Source: an uncultured Pseudobdellovibrionaceae bacterium | Lineage (GTDB): Bacteria; Bdellovibrionota; Bdellovibrionia; Bdellovibrionales; UBA1609 | Reading direction: 5' to 3' | Assembly: GCA_963803705.1 (NCBI GenBank) | Contig: CAWDNU010000001.1 | Location: forward strand, 256,001-320,000 | Length of the DNA: 64,000 bases | Shown: in pieces, positions 48,972-58,968 of the stretch | Position numbering within the stretch: position 1 is the first letter of the stretch | Layout of the letters: each line of letters starts with the position of its first letter | Notes under the pieces: model-generated | What the model was told of the DNA's origin: nothing | Seen by the model: the letters and a program-made list of their open reading frames with translations, nothing else | Databases searched by the model: none | Made by a program: the position numbers and the translations under genes

Positions 48972-49988
48972 CTAATCGTGTTCTGCCATTAAAATTTTAA
49001 AATAGTGGGCGTTGAACACATTGTTAGCCGGGGCTTCAGATGGAATGAAAGTAAAGAGTCGCGAAGCACCTATATCGATCGTTGGCGCAGAAGCATTTTT
49101 TTGGCCAGAGGCTCTATTCATAATATTAGACTCGATTAAATTAGCTCCAAAGTATCCAATGTTCTCGGCCGTGATTCTAAGACCACTTGGCATATCTCTA
49201 TCGGACATAATTTTTAAATGCGAATTGTAAAAAATTATATTTTTTGCTTCTAACTTCAAAGTTCTATTTAAAATATTAATTTCGCCACATACAATTAAAG
49301 TTTCAGCCGCAAAAAGATCATTGTTCTCATTGAACAGTCCAGTTCCCGCTGGCCACGTATACCTAGATGAAGAGACTACTTTTTCTTTTTGGTATTTCGG
49401 CCACGGTGGTGTACTTAATCTTTCAAATTTTTCAGCAGAAAAACTATCGCATAAGCCTGGATCTTTGCTGCTTAATTCTGGAAGCCCCAGCTTACCTTGT
49501 GAGACAATTACGGGTCTTACTGGTTTTTCTAAATTTACGTTTAAACCATCGACCAGCTGTCTGTAAGGATTTAGTGTTTCTGAAAATTTATGAAAGTCAC
49601 TTTCGGACTGTTTTATCATTTGATCAGGGTCTAAAGCGAAACTTATTACTTCAAGATCTGGGTTTATTTGATACTGGTCAATATTTTGATCGTAGTCAAA
49701 AAGTTTACCACGTAGTATTAATTTTCCACTTTTAAATAGAAAATCTTCAATAAGTCTATCTGCTTGATTTAGCGAACAGTCCACATTGCTCATACACACA
49801 TTCTTGTTCACTAAATCTAATTCTAAATACTGATCATCATCTGACAGTGGGAACTCTTCGTCACCACTGAAAAAATCAGAATTGTCAGTATTAGCTAAAT
49901 TTTGACCCTTGTTTGGAACTTCATCTTCAAAGCATGAAGATAGAAATATTGTAACAAAAATCAATACAGAAAATTTTTTTAAACTCAT
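48972..49988 (-). CDS. Hypothetical lipoprotein
   Basis: Lipobox LSSC; co-oriented downstream of the vWA-like lipoprotein. Confidence 0.75.
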   Translation of the reverse strand: MSLKKFSVLIFVTIFLSSCFEDEVPNKGQNLANTDNSDFFSGDEEFPLSDDDQYLELDLVNKNVCMSNVDCSLNQADRLIEDFLFKSGKLILRGKLFDYDQNIDQYQINPDLEVISFALDPDQMIKQSESDFHKFSETLNPYRQLVDGLNVNLEKPVRPVIVSQGKLGLPELSSKDPGLCDSFSAEKFERLSTPPWPKYQKEKVVSSSRYTWPAGTGLFNENNDLFAAETLIVCGEINILNRTLKLEAKNIIFYNSHLKIMSDRDMPSGLRITAENIGYFGANLIESNIMNRASGQKNASAPTIDIGASRLFTFIPSEAPANNVFNAHYFKILMAEHD

Positions 49989-50020
49989 TGTTGGATCCTA
50001 TTTCAAGTTATTATTAAAAC

Positions 50021-51460
50021 CTACAGTTCGTAGTTAGTTTCACCATCAAGTCCTGCAGGTTGGTAATTTACGACTTTAAGTTTGTCATTGTAGGGCTCGT
50101 ACAGGTTATTATCGAAAATCACTTCATTTGTTTCGTTATTGTAGACGAAACCTTGCCCGTGACTTAACACTCTTTCCCATATTTGGGTTTCGATCTTCAT
50201 TTTATTCTGTGTTTTGTTAGAGCTTTTAACCAATTTCCAACGATTGTCTTCAGCAGCTTTACTGTTTTCTGAATTCATTATGTCTAAGTAGGTTTGCGCT
50301 TTTTCCACATCGGATATTTTTCTTTGTATCGCTATTTGTAGATTCAAAGGATTAAGTGGTTTTCGACTCAAAATAAATCTTTTTATCTCTACTTCATTTT
50401 GTACGCTTGTATTAACCTCTTGAAAAACTTTTTCTAATTTGTCACATAGTGAATAGGTAGGATTTCCTGATTCTTCAGCCACTTTGAAATATCTCATTCC
50501 AAAAGACATTACTTTTCCTGCATTGGGTATACTTTTAGATCGCTCTTGCTTAATATCTTTACAACTATAAGCTGCATCCTTACCAATCGCAGCTGGTGGT
50601 TGCATAATGACTGGTGCAAAAATATGTCCTCGCTGTCTTAATATTTCGTCTAAAGAATCTTTTTTGCCACGAGTTTCGTAGTTCAGTTCATTTTTGAAGA
50701 AATTCGAATATCTAGTAGTTGGAAACAATTCTATAGGTTGAGTTAAACCTCTGATTTTTTCTGGATACATACCTTCAAGATCGTCATAACCATTATCTGT
50801 TACTGGAAAAGCACCTAATCCCTTAAGCGCTTCATATGGCGAGTTTGTAACGTTTTGGTCGATGCATCTATTGAACACGTTTTCATCTGAAGGAAATTTA
50901 CCCAAATCTCTGGAGCAATCATCTTCATTAGTTACAATCAATGTTAACTTAACCGCGTTTGGATCTAGTCGTCCATTTTCTATAATTTTACTCCAAGTTT
51001 GTTTGGCAGCCTCTAACCCTCGTTCATCTCCGACTTCAGTGTCTGTAAGTGCTGTATTAACACAGTCACTTAAAGTTTTCTGTAATTCTGAAACAGATTT
51101 TATACTATCTGATTTGATGGCTATTATTTCACCGAAAGTGGTGCCAGTGTAACTTGTGGTTGAACAAAAAATTTCAAATACAAAACCAGTATTCAACAAC
51201 CCCTGGGTGAAACCTGGAAAATATTGAGTCATAGCTTGTTGGGTTTCAATCATTGATGCCGTTGGATCAGCCACAATAACCATCTGAAGTTTTTTAGGAT
51301 CTTCTTTGGTCATTGTAAAAGATTTTGTAGCAGGTAGTAAGGAAATAGAGGCGTCTCTATCTCCGCCAAGGCCAGAACTTTCTGGACAGCCAGTCAATAA
51401 CACCACAGATGTCATTATATATACTAAGGTTAAAATAAAACGTACCACGTAAACCTCCAC
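50021..51460 (-). CDS. vWA-like domain lipoprotein
   Basis: Lipobox LTGC; MIDAS-like VIVADPTASM, GDERGLEAA, LIVTNEDDCS. Confidence 0.7.
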   Translation of the reverse strand: MEVYVVRFILTLVYIMTSVVLLTGCPESSGLGGDRDASISLLPATKSFTMTKEDPKKLQMVIVADPTASMIETQQAMTQYFPGFTQGLLNTGFVFEIFCSTTSYTGTTFGEIIAIKSDSIKSVSELQKTLSDCVNTALTDTEVGDERGLEAAKQTWSKIIENGRLDPNAVKLTLIVTNEDDCSRDLGKFPSDENVFNRCIDQNVTNSPYEALKGLGAFPVTDNGYDDLEGMYPEKIRGLTQPIELFPTTRYSNFFKNELNYETRGKKDSLDEILRQRGHIFAPVIMQPPAAIGKDAAYSCKDIKQERSKSIPNAGKVMSFGMRYFKVAEESGNPTYSLCDKLEKVFQEVNTSVQNEVEIKRFILSRKPLNPLNLQIAIQRKISDVEKAQTYLDIMNSENSKAAEDNRWKLVKSSNKTQNKMKIETQIWERVLSHGQGFVYNNETNEVIFDNNLYEPYNDKLKVVNYQPAGLDGETNYEL

Positions 51461-51491
51461 AGGTCGTTACTGTTTATTCTACCTTTACAAA

Positions 51492-51508
51492 TACAAGGTC
51501 TGTGCCAA
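51492..51508 (-). promoter_or_regulatory. sigma54-like promoter for the vWA lipoprotein pair
   Basis: Minus strand TTGGCAC-AGACC-TTGTA (-12 box has one mismatch). Confidence 0.6.
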
Positions 51509-51563
51509 CACAAACAAGGCTTCTCGATGAGATTTAATCCAGCTCAGACAAATTTATGTTTGG

Positions 51564-51661
51564 AACTGACAAAAATTGTCTATTGGTTAAGTATACTTTA
51601 CAAAAAAAGACTCACAAAAAACCTGATTCATTTACAGGTTCCAAAACTGACAAAAAATGTC
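51564..51661. promoter_or_regulatory. Two dyad sites GACA-N5-TGTC, candidate shared activator UAS
   Basis: AACTGACAAAAATTGTC (51564-51580) and AACTGACAAAAAATGTC (51645-51661), 16/17 identical. Confidence 0.6.
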
Positions 51662-51766
51662 GTCTGAAAGACAAAAGTTCTGCATATAAGCTTATCAAGT
51701 GGACTAAGCAAAAACCATAAATAGTTGTAATCGTTGAAATTTGCTAACCAGGAGCACGAAAAATCT

Positions 51767-51783
51767 TTGGCATAAGGGTTGCT
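51767..51783 (+). promoter_or_regulatory. sigma54 promoter of the Agl/Glt-like operon
   Basis: TTGGCAT-AAGGG-TTGCT. Confidence 0.75.
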
Positions 51784-51826
51784 CTTAAGATTGCGACAGA
51801 AAGGTATTTAAAAAAAGGAGAAACTT

Positions 51827-52465
51827 ATGTCCGCAGTTATGACTTTATTAGAAGCATTGAAAACAAGTGGTCTACCAGGCCTGATTATTTTTGCATTAGG
51901 TGCCATTTCAGTTTTCATTATTATCGAAAGATATAAAAAACTGCATATCAACTCAAAAGAAGATAGCGGTGATTTTATGGAAACAGTAAAAGGTCATATA
52001 TTAAATGACCAAATTGGAAAAGCAGTTACATATTGTGATGCTCATAAGAACATACCGGCAGCACAAGTTATGAAATCAATTTTAGAAAGATCAAACCGTG
52101 ATGAAGCATCAATGATAAATGCCGCAGGTTTGGAAGTTTCAAAAGTAGAAGCAGACCTAGGTAAAAGAATGGACTACCTGCCAGCGTTAGCAAACGTATC
52201 AACCTTAGTTGGTCTGTTTGGTACAATTGTTGGTTTGATCATGTCTTTTGCATCTTTAGGTGAGGCTCAAGCAGCTGGAAAACAAGAAGCTTTGTCTGCA
52301 GGTATTTCAATGGCTATGAGTACTACAGCTATGGGTTTGGCATGTGCAATCCCGGTTCTTATTTCTTTTGCTTACTTAAATAATAGAATGAACAAATTGC
52401 TAGACCAGTGTGATCAGTACGGTTCAGAAACCTTAGATTCTGTAAAAAGCAGAATGTTTAAATAG
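51827..52465 (+). CDS. MotA/TolQ/ExbB proton channel subunit (AglR-like)
   Basis: STLVGLFGTIVGLIMSF, LSAGISMAMSTTAMGL; AGGAG RBS. Confidence 0.92.
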   Translation: MSAVMTLLEALKTSGLPGLIIFALGAISVFIIIERYKKLHINSKEDSGDFMETVKGHILNDQIGKAVTYCDAHKNIPAAQVMKSILERSNRDEASMINAAGLEVSKVEADLGKRMDYLPALANVSTLVGLFGTIVGLIMSFASLGEAQAAGKQEALSAGISMAMSTTAMGLACAIPVLISFAYLNNRMNKLLDQCDQYGSETLDSVKSRMFK

Positions 52466-52485
52466 ATAGGACTCTATCTATTTAA
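52458..52485 (+). terminator. Intra-operon hairpin after the AglR-like gene
   Basis: Perfect 12-bp stem TTAAATAGATAG-GACT-CTATCTATTTAA. Confidence 0.55.
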
Positions 52486-52524
52486 TAAAATATATTTAAT
52501 TGATGAACGTAGATGAGGAAAGTT

Positions 52525-53031
52525 ATGAAAACTTTAAAAAGTTTAAATAAAAAAAGAAAACAGATTGAAAATAAAGATCTTGATTTAGCACCCATGCTTT
52601 CTTTAATGATTGCTATTATACCAGTAATTTTGGCTTCAGCGGTATTATTTAAAATTAGAATCTTTGATTCGTCAGTTTTTCCTGCATCAGATAAAGTGAT
52701 GCAGAAAGACGGAGCCAATGAAAACCCAATAACATTTCTTGAGATAAAGAATTCTCAGTCAGTTTTAGTGAAAGTTAAAAAAAATGAGAAAGTGGATTTT
52801 GAGACTGAAACATCTTTGGTTAATTTGAATAAGATTCTAACCAATCTGAAAATGAAATATCCTGATATGAAGTCATTAAAGATAGAATCAGGATCAGATG
52901 TTTCATACAAAGACATTATTAAAGTTTTTGATATAGCAAAGTCCCCAATTGTCCAAAGTGAAGAAACTGAAGATATAAAAAAGGATACACTTTTTGACGA
53001 TGTAACGCTTGAAGATATTTTCAAAGGATAA
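52525..53031 (+). CDS. ExbD/TolR family protein, TM Asp absent
   Basis: DLDLAPMLSLMIAIIPVIL TM segment; VSYKDIIKVFD C-terminal motif. Confidence 0.82.
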   Translation: MKTLKSLNKKRKQIENKDLDLAPMLSLMIAIIPVILASAVLFKIRIFDSSVFPASDKVMQKDGANENPITFLEIKNSQSVLVKVKKNEKVDFETETSLVNLNKILTNLKMKYPDMKSLKIESGSDVSYKDIIKVFDIAKSPIVQSEETEDIKKDTLFDDVTLEDIFKG

Positions 53032-53035
53032 CCTT

Positions 53036-53515
53036 ATGTTTAGACGTAAAAGTAAAAAAAGTTCAGAAGTGATTATACAGTTAACTGCTCTTGTAGATGC
53101 GTTTACAATTCTGGTCGTATTTTTTCTTTTGCAGTACTCTACAAGTCCAGAAAATGTTGAGCTCAAGGACAAAGTAAATTTGCCAGTTGCTGAAAATGCT
53201 TATGCCACAGAAAGTCAGGAAAATATAAGTGTCATAATCAATCAAAAATATATTCAAGTCGGTGACAATAAGTTGGTAAATCTGAATTTTGGAAAATTGG
53301 ACAACTCAACTTTACATAAAGAGGATTCAGAATTTATTTCAAGTTTGCACGAAAAAATAACAGAAGACGAAGTGCTAAGCGAGAAGAAAGAGTTTCAGTG
53401 GGTGTTACTAGCTGATGAAACAGTACCTTATGAAACAATTAAAAAGACTATCTATACATTAGCCATTTCAGGTTTTACAAAAATAAAACTAGCATCAACA
53501 ACGGAAGGAAAATAA
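53036..53515 (+). CDS. ExbD/TolR family protein (AglQ/AglS-like), TM Asp present
   Basis: QLTALVDAFTILVVFFL; ADETVPYETIKKTIYT...GF. Confidence 0.88.
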   Translation: MFRRKSKKSSEVIIQLTALVDAFTILVVFFLLQYSTSPENVELKDKVNLPVAENAYATESQENISVIINQKYIQVGDNKLVNLNFGKLDNSTLHKEDSEFISSLHEKITEDEVLSEKKEFQWVLLADETVPYETIKKTIYTLAISGFTKIKLASTTEGK

Positions 53516-56337
53516 TGGGATTTAATATCTACAGAAATCTTTTTATGCTACTTGTTTTTTGCAATCAAGCGCAGGCCAAGGATGTGGTCGATAACTTGAT
53601 TAAGAAGCACAAAGTTACTGAAACAGAGTACATCACCCATTATAACGAGACTCAAGCTATAACAAGTGCAAAAAATTTAATTAAAAAGCATCGAGGCTCA
53701 AAACTTGAACCAGAGCTTAGACATAGGTTAGCAGACTTATATGTCAGAAAATCAAAAACAAGAAATTTTTTGGATCAAGTTTTAAAGAAAAAAGGTAAAG
53801 ACTTTAAAGGCGAATTTGAATCTATACCTAAAAAGCAGAAAAGTTTAAAATCTGCGATATATGAATTACAAAATGTTGAAAAAAGATTTCCAAGATATAG
53901 AAAAATGGACGAAGTTTATTATACGATGGGTATGTCGTATTTGAAGTTAGGGCAAGTAGATCTAGCTGAAAGACCTTTTTTAAATTTAATTCGTAGGCAT
54001 AAGCAGTCTTCACTTGTACAAGATTCAAATCTTTCATTAGCCGAAATCTACTATCATCAAAAAAATTATAAAAGTTCAGGATTTTACTTCTCAAAAATTA
54101 TAGAAGATAAGTCACACAACGCCCAGTCCTACTCTATGTATAAACGTGCTTGGACAGAATATTACAGACAACAGTACAAATCAGCATTCCAAGACATGAA
54201 ATCAGCTTATTTGAATTCAAAAAGCCGCAAAGATGGTTTTGATGTTTCATCAGAAGTAGTTGCTGACCTACCACTTTTTACAGCTGAAGTTTTTAAAGGC
54301 AGTCAGGTTTACGGTCAGCTTTCTAGCTTTCTAAAAGATAGTAGTGTTTTAACCGATTCTTTAGATGCTCATGCGCGAGTCTTCGCTGACAGGTCTGACT
54401 ACAGAGACGAAATAGCTGTGTTAAGCGTTTTACTTAAAGGATCAAGGGATGCTAAACACAAATTTGAGTACCTATCTAGACTATCGATCGCTTACGAGAA
54501 GATAGACAATCTGGATGCCTCAGCTGACTACTACAGATTAGCTGATCGCTTATTAGATCAGAAAGTTGATGAAGCGGTTAAGGACGAATTTTTAGTTTTT
54601 GGCAGAAATTTAGTTAAAAATACCTATAAGTTATGGGTGAAGTCAGACGTAAAAGCTAAAAATAGGATTAAGCTAGTACCAATATTGAAAATTGGTGACA
54701 TGGCCTACAAGACTATTAGCAACTCGGATAAACAGAAACCAAAATTTATTAATATTCTAGCTGAATTGAACTTCGATATAAAAAACTTTGACAGAGCTAG
54801 TCACTTTTTTGAAATGGCAAGTGATGTTTCTAAAGACAGTAAAGAGTCACATGAACTACTTTATTCTGCCATAGTTTCACACGAAAAGTCAGTTAATAAA
54901 GACAAATGGACCGGGAAAAAAGTTTTAAGACAAAGGCACTTAGTTTTAAAATATGATCAAAAATTTTCTAAAGGTAAGTATCTTTTAGAAGTTCTTTATA
55001 AATTTGCAAGAGTAGAAGAAAAATATGGTAAGCAGAGTTTAGCACTTTCAACATTCAAAAGACTTGGCGGAGAGTATCCAGATACCGTTAAGGGGCAAGA
55101 TTCTCAGAACTTTGTCATCAAGATTTATGAAAAAACAAAAAATTATAGTGCAGTAAATAGCTACTTATCTGAAATCATACCAAGGACTAAAAATAGCAAT
55201 AGACTGATTGTCTTAAAACCTATATTCGATAATTCTTTCTTTCTAATGGCTCAGCAAAATGAAGATAAAAAAAGATTCAAGGATGCCATTATTAACTACA
55301 GAGGATATCTAAAGTCTTCATATTTGAAAACCAAAACTACTGAAGCGATGTGGAACATTGCTATTAACTACAAGAAAGCAGGGCTAAAGAAGAATGCAGC
55401 TAATGCATACCTTGCTTTCTACAAATCTAACAAAAATAGTAAAAATTCAAAAGTTGCATTAGAGGAATCACTAGCACTTTATGAGAAAATCAGAAAATAT
55501 TCTAAGGTCGAGGAAGTGGCATGGATTTTAGAATCAATTACAAGTGGCGATGAACAGATTAAATGGGCATTTTCGTTAGCAAGAGTCAACATCTTAAATA
55601 AAAAGTTCAAAGACGCTGAAATTAGATTTTCTAAATTAGTAAATGTATCTAATAAAAAAATAAATATAAATGTCCATCAGCATTTATTTGATCACGTTGA
55701 TAAAATAAAAGTCGGCTTTAAAGCAAACGCCCTAAGGGTGCTTCAAAATGGTCAAGAGCCGTTCAGATCTGAGGCTATGTTGAAAGTGGCAATGGACGCG
55801 CTAGCAGATAAAAAGGTTTCACTGGCCAAAAGCAAGTTTAGAGATATTTTACAGTCCAGAGGGGCATTGGCAGAATCTAAAGCTAAAGCTTCAATCTTTC
55901 TAGCAGAGATGAAGGTTCAGGACTTATCTTTAGATCGAGCCAGTAAACCTATGAATTTTGATAGAACTCTAAGTTTCATTGAAAGAACTATGGCTAAGGC
56001 GCAACCAATCACTCTTGATTTTCAAGATGTGCTGAAATTTGGGCATGATGAAAGTTCACTCAGAGCCTTAATTAAACTATCAAGACTTTATTTAGATCTG
56101 GGAATGATTATGGCATCTTTAGTAGTTGTAGATAAGGCAGATTTAAAACTAGCGATAGAGCGTGAAATCAGAAATCTTAAAACAACGTTAAGAACTTCAT
56201 TCTATCAATCTTACGAAAACTCTTTAAATATTATGGCTAAAAATCGCAAACTTAAATCCAAATATAACTACAGAGTTAAAAAAATTAAACGAGAATTTGA
56301 AAAATTTTATAATCAAAAGAACGTGGCATCGAGGTAA
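53515..56337 (+). CDS. Large exported TPR protein (GltD/AgmU-like)
   Basis: Signal peptide, RLADLY, FPRYRKMDEVYY, LSLAEIYY, MYKRAW; operon context. Confidence 0.72.
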   Translation: MGFNIYRNLFMLLVFCNQAQAKDVVDNLIKKHKVTETEYITHYNETQAITSAKNLIKKHRGSKLEPELRHRLADLYVRKSKTRNFLDQVLKKKGKDFKGEFESIPKKQKSLKSAIYELQNVEKRFPRYRKMDEVYYTMGMSYLKLGQVDLAERPFLNLIRRHKQSSLVQDSNLSLAEIYYHQKNYKSSGFYFSKIIEDKSHNAQSYSMYKRAWTEYYRQQYKSAFQDMKSAYLNSKSRKDGFDVSSEVVADLPLFTAEVFKGSQVYGQLSSFLKDSSVLTDSLDAHARVFADRSDYRDEIAVLSVLLKGSRDAKHKFEYLSRLSIAYEKIDNLDASADYYRLADRLLDQKVDEAVKDEFLVFGRNLVKNTYKLWVKSDVKAKNRIKLVPILKIGDMAYKTISNSDKQKPKFINILAELNFDIKNFDRASHFFEMASDVSKDSKESHELLYSAIVSHEKSVNKDKWTGKKVLRQRHLVLKYDQKFSKGKYLLEVLYKFARVEEKYGKQSLALSTFKRLGGEYPDTVKGQDSQNFVIKIYEKTKNYSAVNSYLSEIIPRTKNSNRLIVLKPIFDNSFFLMAQQNEDKKRFKDAIINYRGYLKSSYLKTKTTEAMWNIAINYKKAGLKKNAANAYLAFYKSNKNSKNSKVALEESLALYEKIRKYSKVEEVAWILESITSGDEQIKWAFSLARVNILNKKFKDAEIRFSKLVNVSNKKININVHQHLFDHVDKIKVGFKANALRVLQNGQEPFRSEAMLKVAMDALADKKVSLAKSKFRDILQSRGALAESKAKASIFLAEMKVQDLSLDRASKPMNFDRTLSFIERTMAKAQPITLDFQDVLKFGHDESSLRALIKLSRLYLDLGMIMASLVVVDKADLKLAIEREIRNLKTTLRTSFYQSYENSLNIMAKNRKLKSKYNYRVKKIKREFEKFYNQKNVASR

Positions 56338-56340
56338 CTT

Positions 56341-56610
56341 ATGAAAATCAAGACGTTAATAATACTAGTCTATATTTTAGTTCAGTCATTGGGATTACAA
56401 AATACCTTTGCAGCGAAAAAAATATATAAGTATAGAAAATCACAGCAACATAAGTTTGGTGGCGCAGACGTTATGGGTGATGGTTTTGATCCATCAGGTT
56501 CTATCTTAAACGAAGAGCACCCGCAGTCTTTCAGCTATATCTTCGATAGAAAGACAAAAGTGATTAAAAAGATTAATGAGTTATCTAGATATGCAGGGAG
56601 ATCTTTATGA
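56341..56610 (+). CDS. Small exported protein (GltF-like)
   Basis: 89 aa with a signal peptide; YKYRK...F....V.G...P.G pattern; lies just before the GltG-like gene. Confidence 0.55.
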   Translation: MKIKTLIILVYILVQSLGLQNTFAAKKIYKYRKSQQHKFGGADVMGDGFDPSGSILNEEHPQSFSYIFDRKTKVIKKINELSRYAGRSL

Positions 56611-58196
56611 GCAAGAACGAAATTTTAATTGTAAAGTATTACAAAGATAAAACCCTATATTCATCTCAAGTACTGTCACCATCTGAAAACATGGTTGAAA
56701 AACAGGTGGTTGGCCAAAAAGAAACAGGTGGTTCTGGATACTGGGGTTTGAATTTAAATTTTGACCCCAAGTCTGGTTGGATTGTTTCAGTTAAAAACAG
56801 AAAAAGAGCGTTGAAGCTGAAATCAAAAATTGCTCTTGCGAATAAGGTTACTGCGATAATTGAATATCAGTCGATAAAGCCTATAGATCTTGGTGAAGTT
56901 GAACCTGAAAAAGTAAAAAAAATCCAAGTCGTTGTTTTAAATAGCAAAAATCAGTATATTTTTTCAGACATATTACCAAATAAACGTATTCAGAAATTTA
57001 ACTTTGCTGGCGCGAGACTAAAAATTAAAAGACCTCTTTCAGAAACCTGGGAACAATTACATAAAGACAAACAGGGTAATAAAATATCTGTAAGACAGGT
57101 CTTTGTTCCCGCTGAGGCAAACTTAAAGACACCCGTGCCATTTAGTCCTGCTGATAAAGAACTTATCAAAAAGATTGCAGTTGGTTATGTAGCCACGATT
57201 GCTTTCTTTTTAATGGCTTATGCTCTAGTATTCTTGGTTCAATATTTTTTAAAAGATAAAAACCAGTATGATGTTGTTAAGATTGATGAAACAGTTTTGC
57301 AGGAAAAAAGAGAAAAACTTTTTAAAGATAAAACTAAAATTGTGCCCCCGACTACAAAAAAAGTTGTTCGAAAAAAAGTTGCAAAGGCCTTTAAAAAGTC
57401 AAAAAAAATTGTAAAAGGAGCTTCAAAAAAAGCCATTGCTAAGAAATCAAATAAAAAAAGTAGCGGTGGTGGTCCAAAATCTAAAAGAGTCGCTGTTGAA
57501 GGTGTTAAGTCTAATAAAATGAAAATAACTAAAGGTCGTAGAGGTTCCAAGGGGAACTTTGGCCAAGCTGAAAAGACTAGATCTAAGTTATCTAAGCTTT
57601 CAGGCTTATCTGCAGGGATTGGATTTAACTCTAAATCCGCAAAACGTGCCAATAATCTGAATGAAAGAGGCAGCGGTGGTGACTTTTCTTCGCTAAGAAA
57701 AGGCTCGCCAACAGGTAAAAAAGGATTTGGATTAGGTGGTAGTGGAAATGGTAAAGCTGGTATGGGTTCATATAAAGTAGGTGGCCTAGGAACTATGTCT
57801 TTAGGAGGTTCCTCACGGGGTGGCGGTACTGGTGCTTCGCTTTCTAAGAATAAAACGGGTAGAGGTTTTATAGACGGAATTGAGGAAGAAGTAGTAGTTG
57901 TAGGTGGATTAGATAAATCTGTTATCGAAAGAGTAATTCGTCGTAATCTTGGTGATATAAATTACTGTTACGAAAGACGGCTTAATGCAAGACCAAATTT
58001 GTCAGGTGTATTTGAAGCTGAGTTCTATATAGGCGCTAACGGACGGGTTAAAAGCTCTGGCTCAAGTAGAAACACATTGAGTGATGCTCGGCTTAACAAT
58101 TGCATTAATAGTTCAATTAAAACATGGAAATTTCCAAAACCTGTGGGTGGAACAGTTGTAAAAGTTAACTACCCCTTTATTTTGAAATCTTCGTAA
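56607..58196 (+). CDS. AgmX/PglI C-terminal domain protein (GltG-like, TonB-like)
   Basis: Single TM, Lys- and Gly-rich linker, GGLDKSVIERVIRRNLGDINYCYE...CI...WKFPKP.GG..V.VNYPF. Confidence 0.85.
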   Translation: MSKNEILIVKYYKDKTLYSSQVLSPSENMVEKQVVGQKETGGSGYWGLNLNFDPKSGWIVSVKNRKRALKLKSKIALANKVTAIIEYQSIKPIDLGEVEPEKVKKIQVVVLNSKNQYIFSDILPNKRIQKFNFAGARLKIKRPLSETWEQLHKDKQGNKISVRQVFVPAEANLKTPVPFSPADKELIKKIAVGYVATIAFFLMAYALVFLVQYFLKDKNQYDVVKIDETVLQEKREKLFKDKTKIVPPTTKKVVRKKVAKAFKKSKKIVKGASKKAIAKKSNKKSSGGGPKSKRVAVEGVKSNKMKITKGRRGSKGNFGQAEKTRSKLSKLSGLSAGIGFNSKSAKRANNLNERGSGGDFSSLRKGSPTGKKGFGLGGSGNGKAGMGSYKVGGLGTMSLGGSSRGGGTGASLSKNKTGRGFIDGIEEEVVVVGGLDKSVIERVIRRNLGDINYCYERRLNARPNLSGVFEAEFYIGANGRVKSSGSSRNTLSDARLNNCINSSIKTWKFPKPVGGTVVKVNYPFILKSS

Positions 58197-58222
58197 GTAA
58201 CAGTTACCTATTGCAAGGAGCA

Positions 58223-58957
58223 ATGAAAATGAAATGGTTGAGTTCAATATTTGTATTTGCACTAAGTTTGACAAACACAGTTCAGGCTTTTGGACAGTAT
58301 GAATCGCGCGATAAGAAGATAAATACACGTAAACTAGTTGATGATTATTGGACTCCTAGTCGTAAAAAATACTCTTTGATTCAAAAAAGATATTTTGTGA
58401 AATCAGGACGTATAATGTTAAGTGCAAATGCCGGGGTTCATATAAATAACCCACAACACGAAGGCTTCATGACACAATTATCTGCTGGTTACTTTTTTTC
58501 CGAGACATTAGGTTTCGAAGTGCAGTTTTCTAACTCTTCTTTAAAGTCAAACGACGTAATTGATCAGCTGGCTAATTTGAGCGCCGGAGAGTCAACTTTA
58601 AATCGTACTAAAACTTTAAGTTATATTGGTGGTGCGATAAACTATTCGCCTATTTACGCTAAAATGAGTTTTTTGGGCTATAAAATATTATACTATGATT
58701 TAATTTTATCGGGGCAGTTAGGTCAAACGCAATATGAGCAAACACTTCAAACCGACAGCCCTACAAGTTCTGCTTTAACTGTTGGATTCGGTATCACTCA
58801 ATTATTTTATTTAAATAAGAGTTTTTCGGTACGTGTTGATTTTAACAACAGATGGTATAGCTCTGAAGTGCTCAAATACGACGACAGGACAGTGAAAATT
58901 AAGGATCGAGTCATAAATGATACGCAATTAGCTGTCGGACTAACTTATATGCTTTAA
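58223..58957 (+). CDS. Outer-membrane beta-barrel protein (GltA/GltB/GltH-like)
   Basis: Signal peptide, IQKRYFVKSGR, YFFSETLGFE, YSPIYAKMSF, terminal beta strand. Confidence 0.78.
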   Translation: MKMKWLSSIFVFALSLTNTVQAFGQYESRDKKINTRKLVDDYWTPSRKKYSLIQKRYFVKSGRIMLSANAGVHINNPQHEGFMTQLSAGYFFSETLGFEVQFSNSSLKSNDVIDQLANLSAGESTLNRTKTLSYIGGAINYSPIYAKMSFLGYKILYYDLILSGQLGQTQYEQTLQTDSPTSSALTVGFGITQLFYLNKSFSVRVDFNNRWYSSEVLKYDDRTVKIKDRVINDTQLAVGLTYML

Positions 58958-58968
58958 AGGTGATTTTT

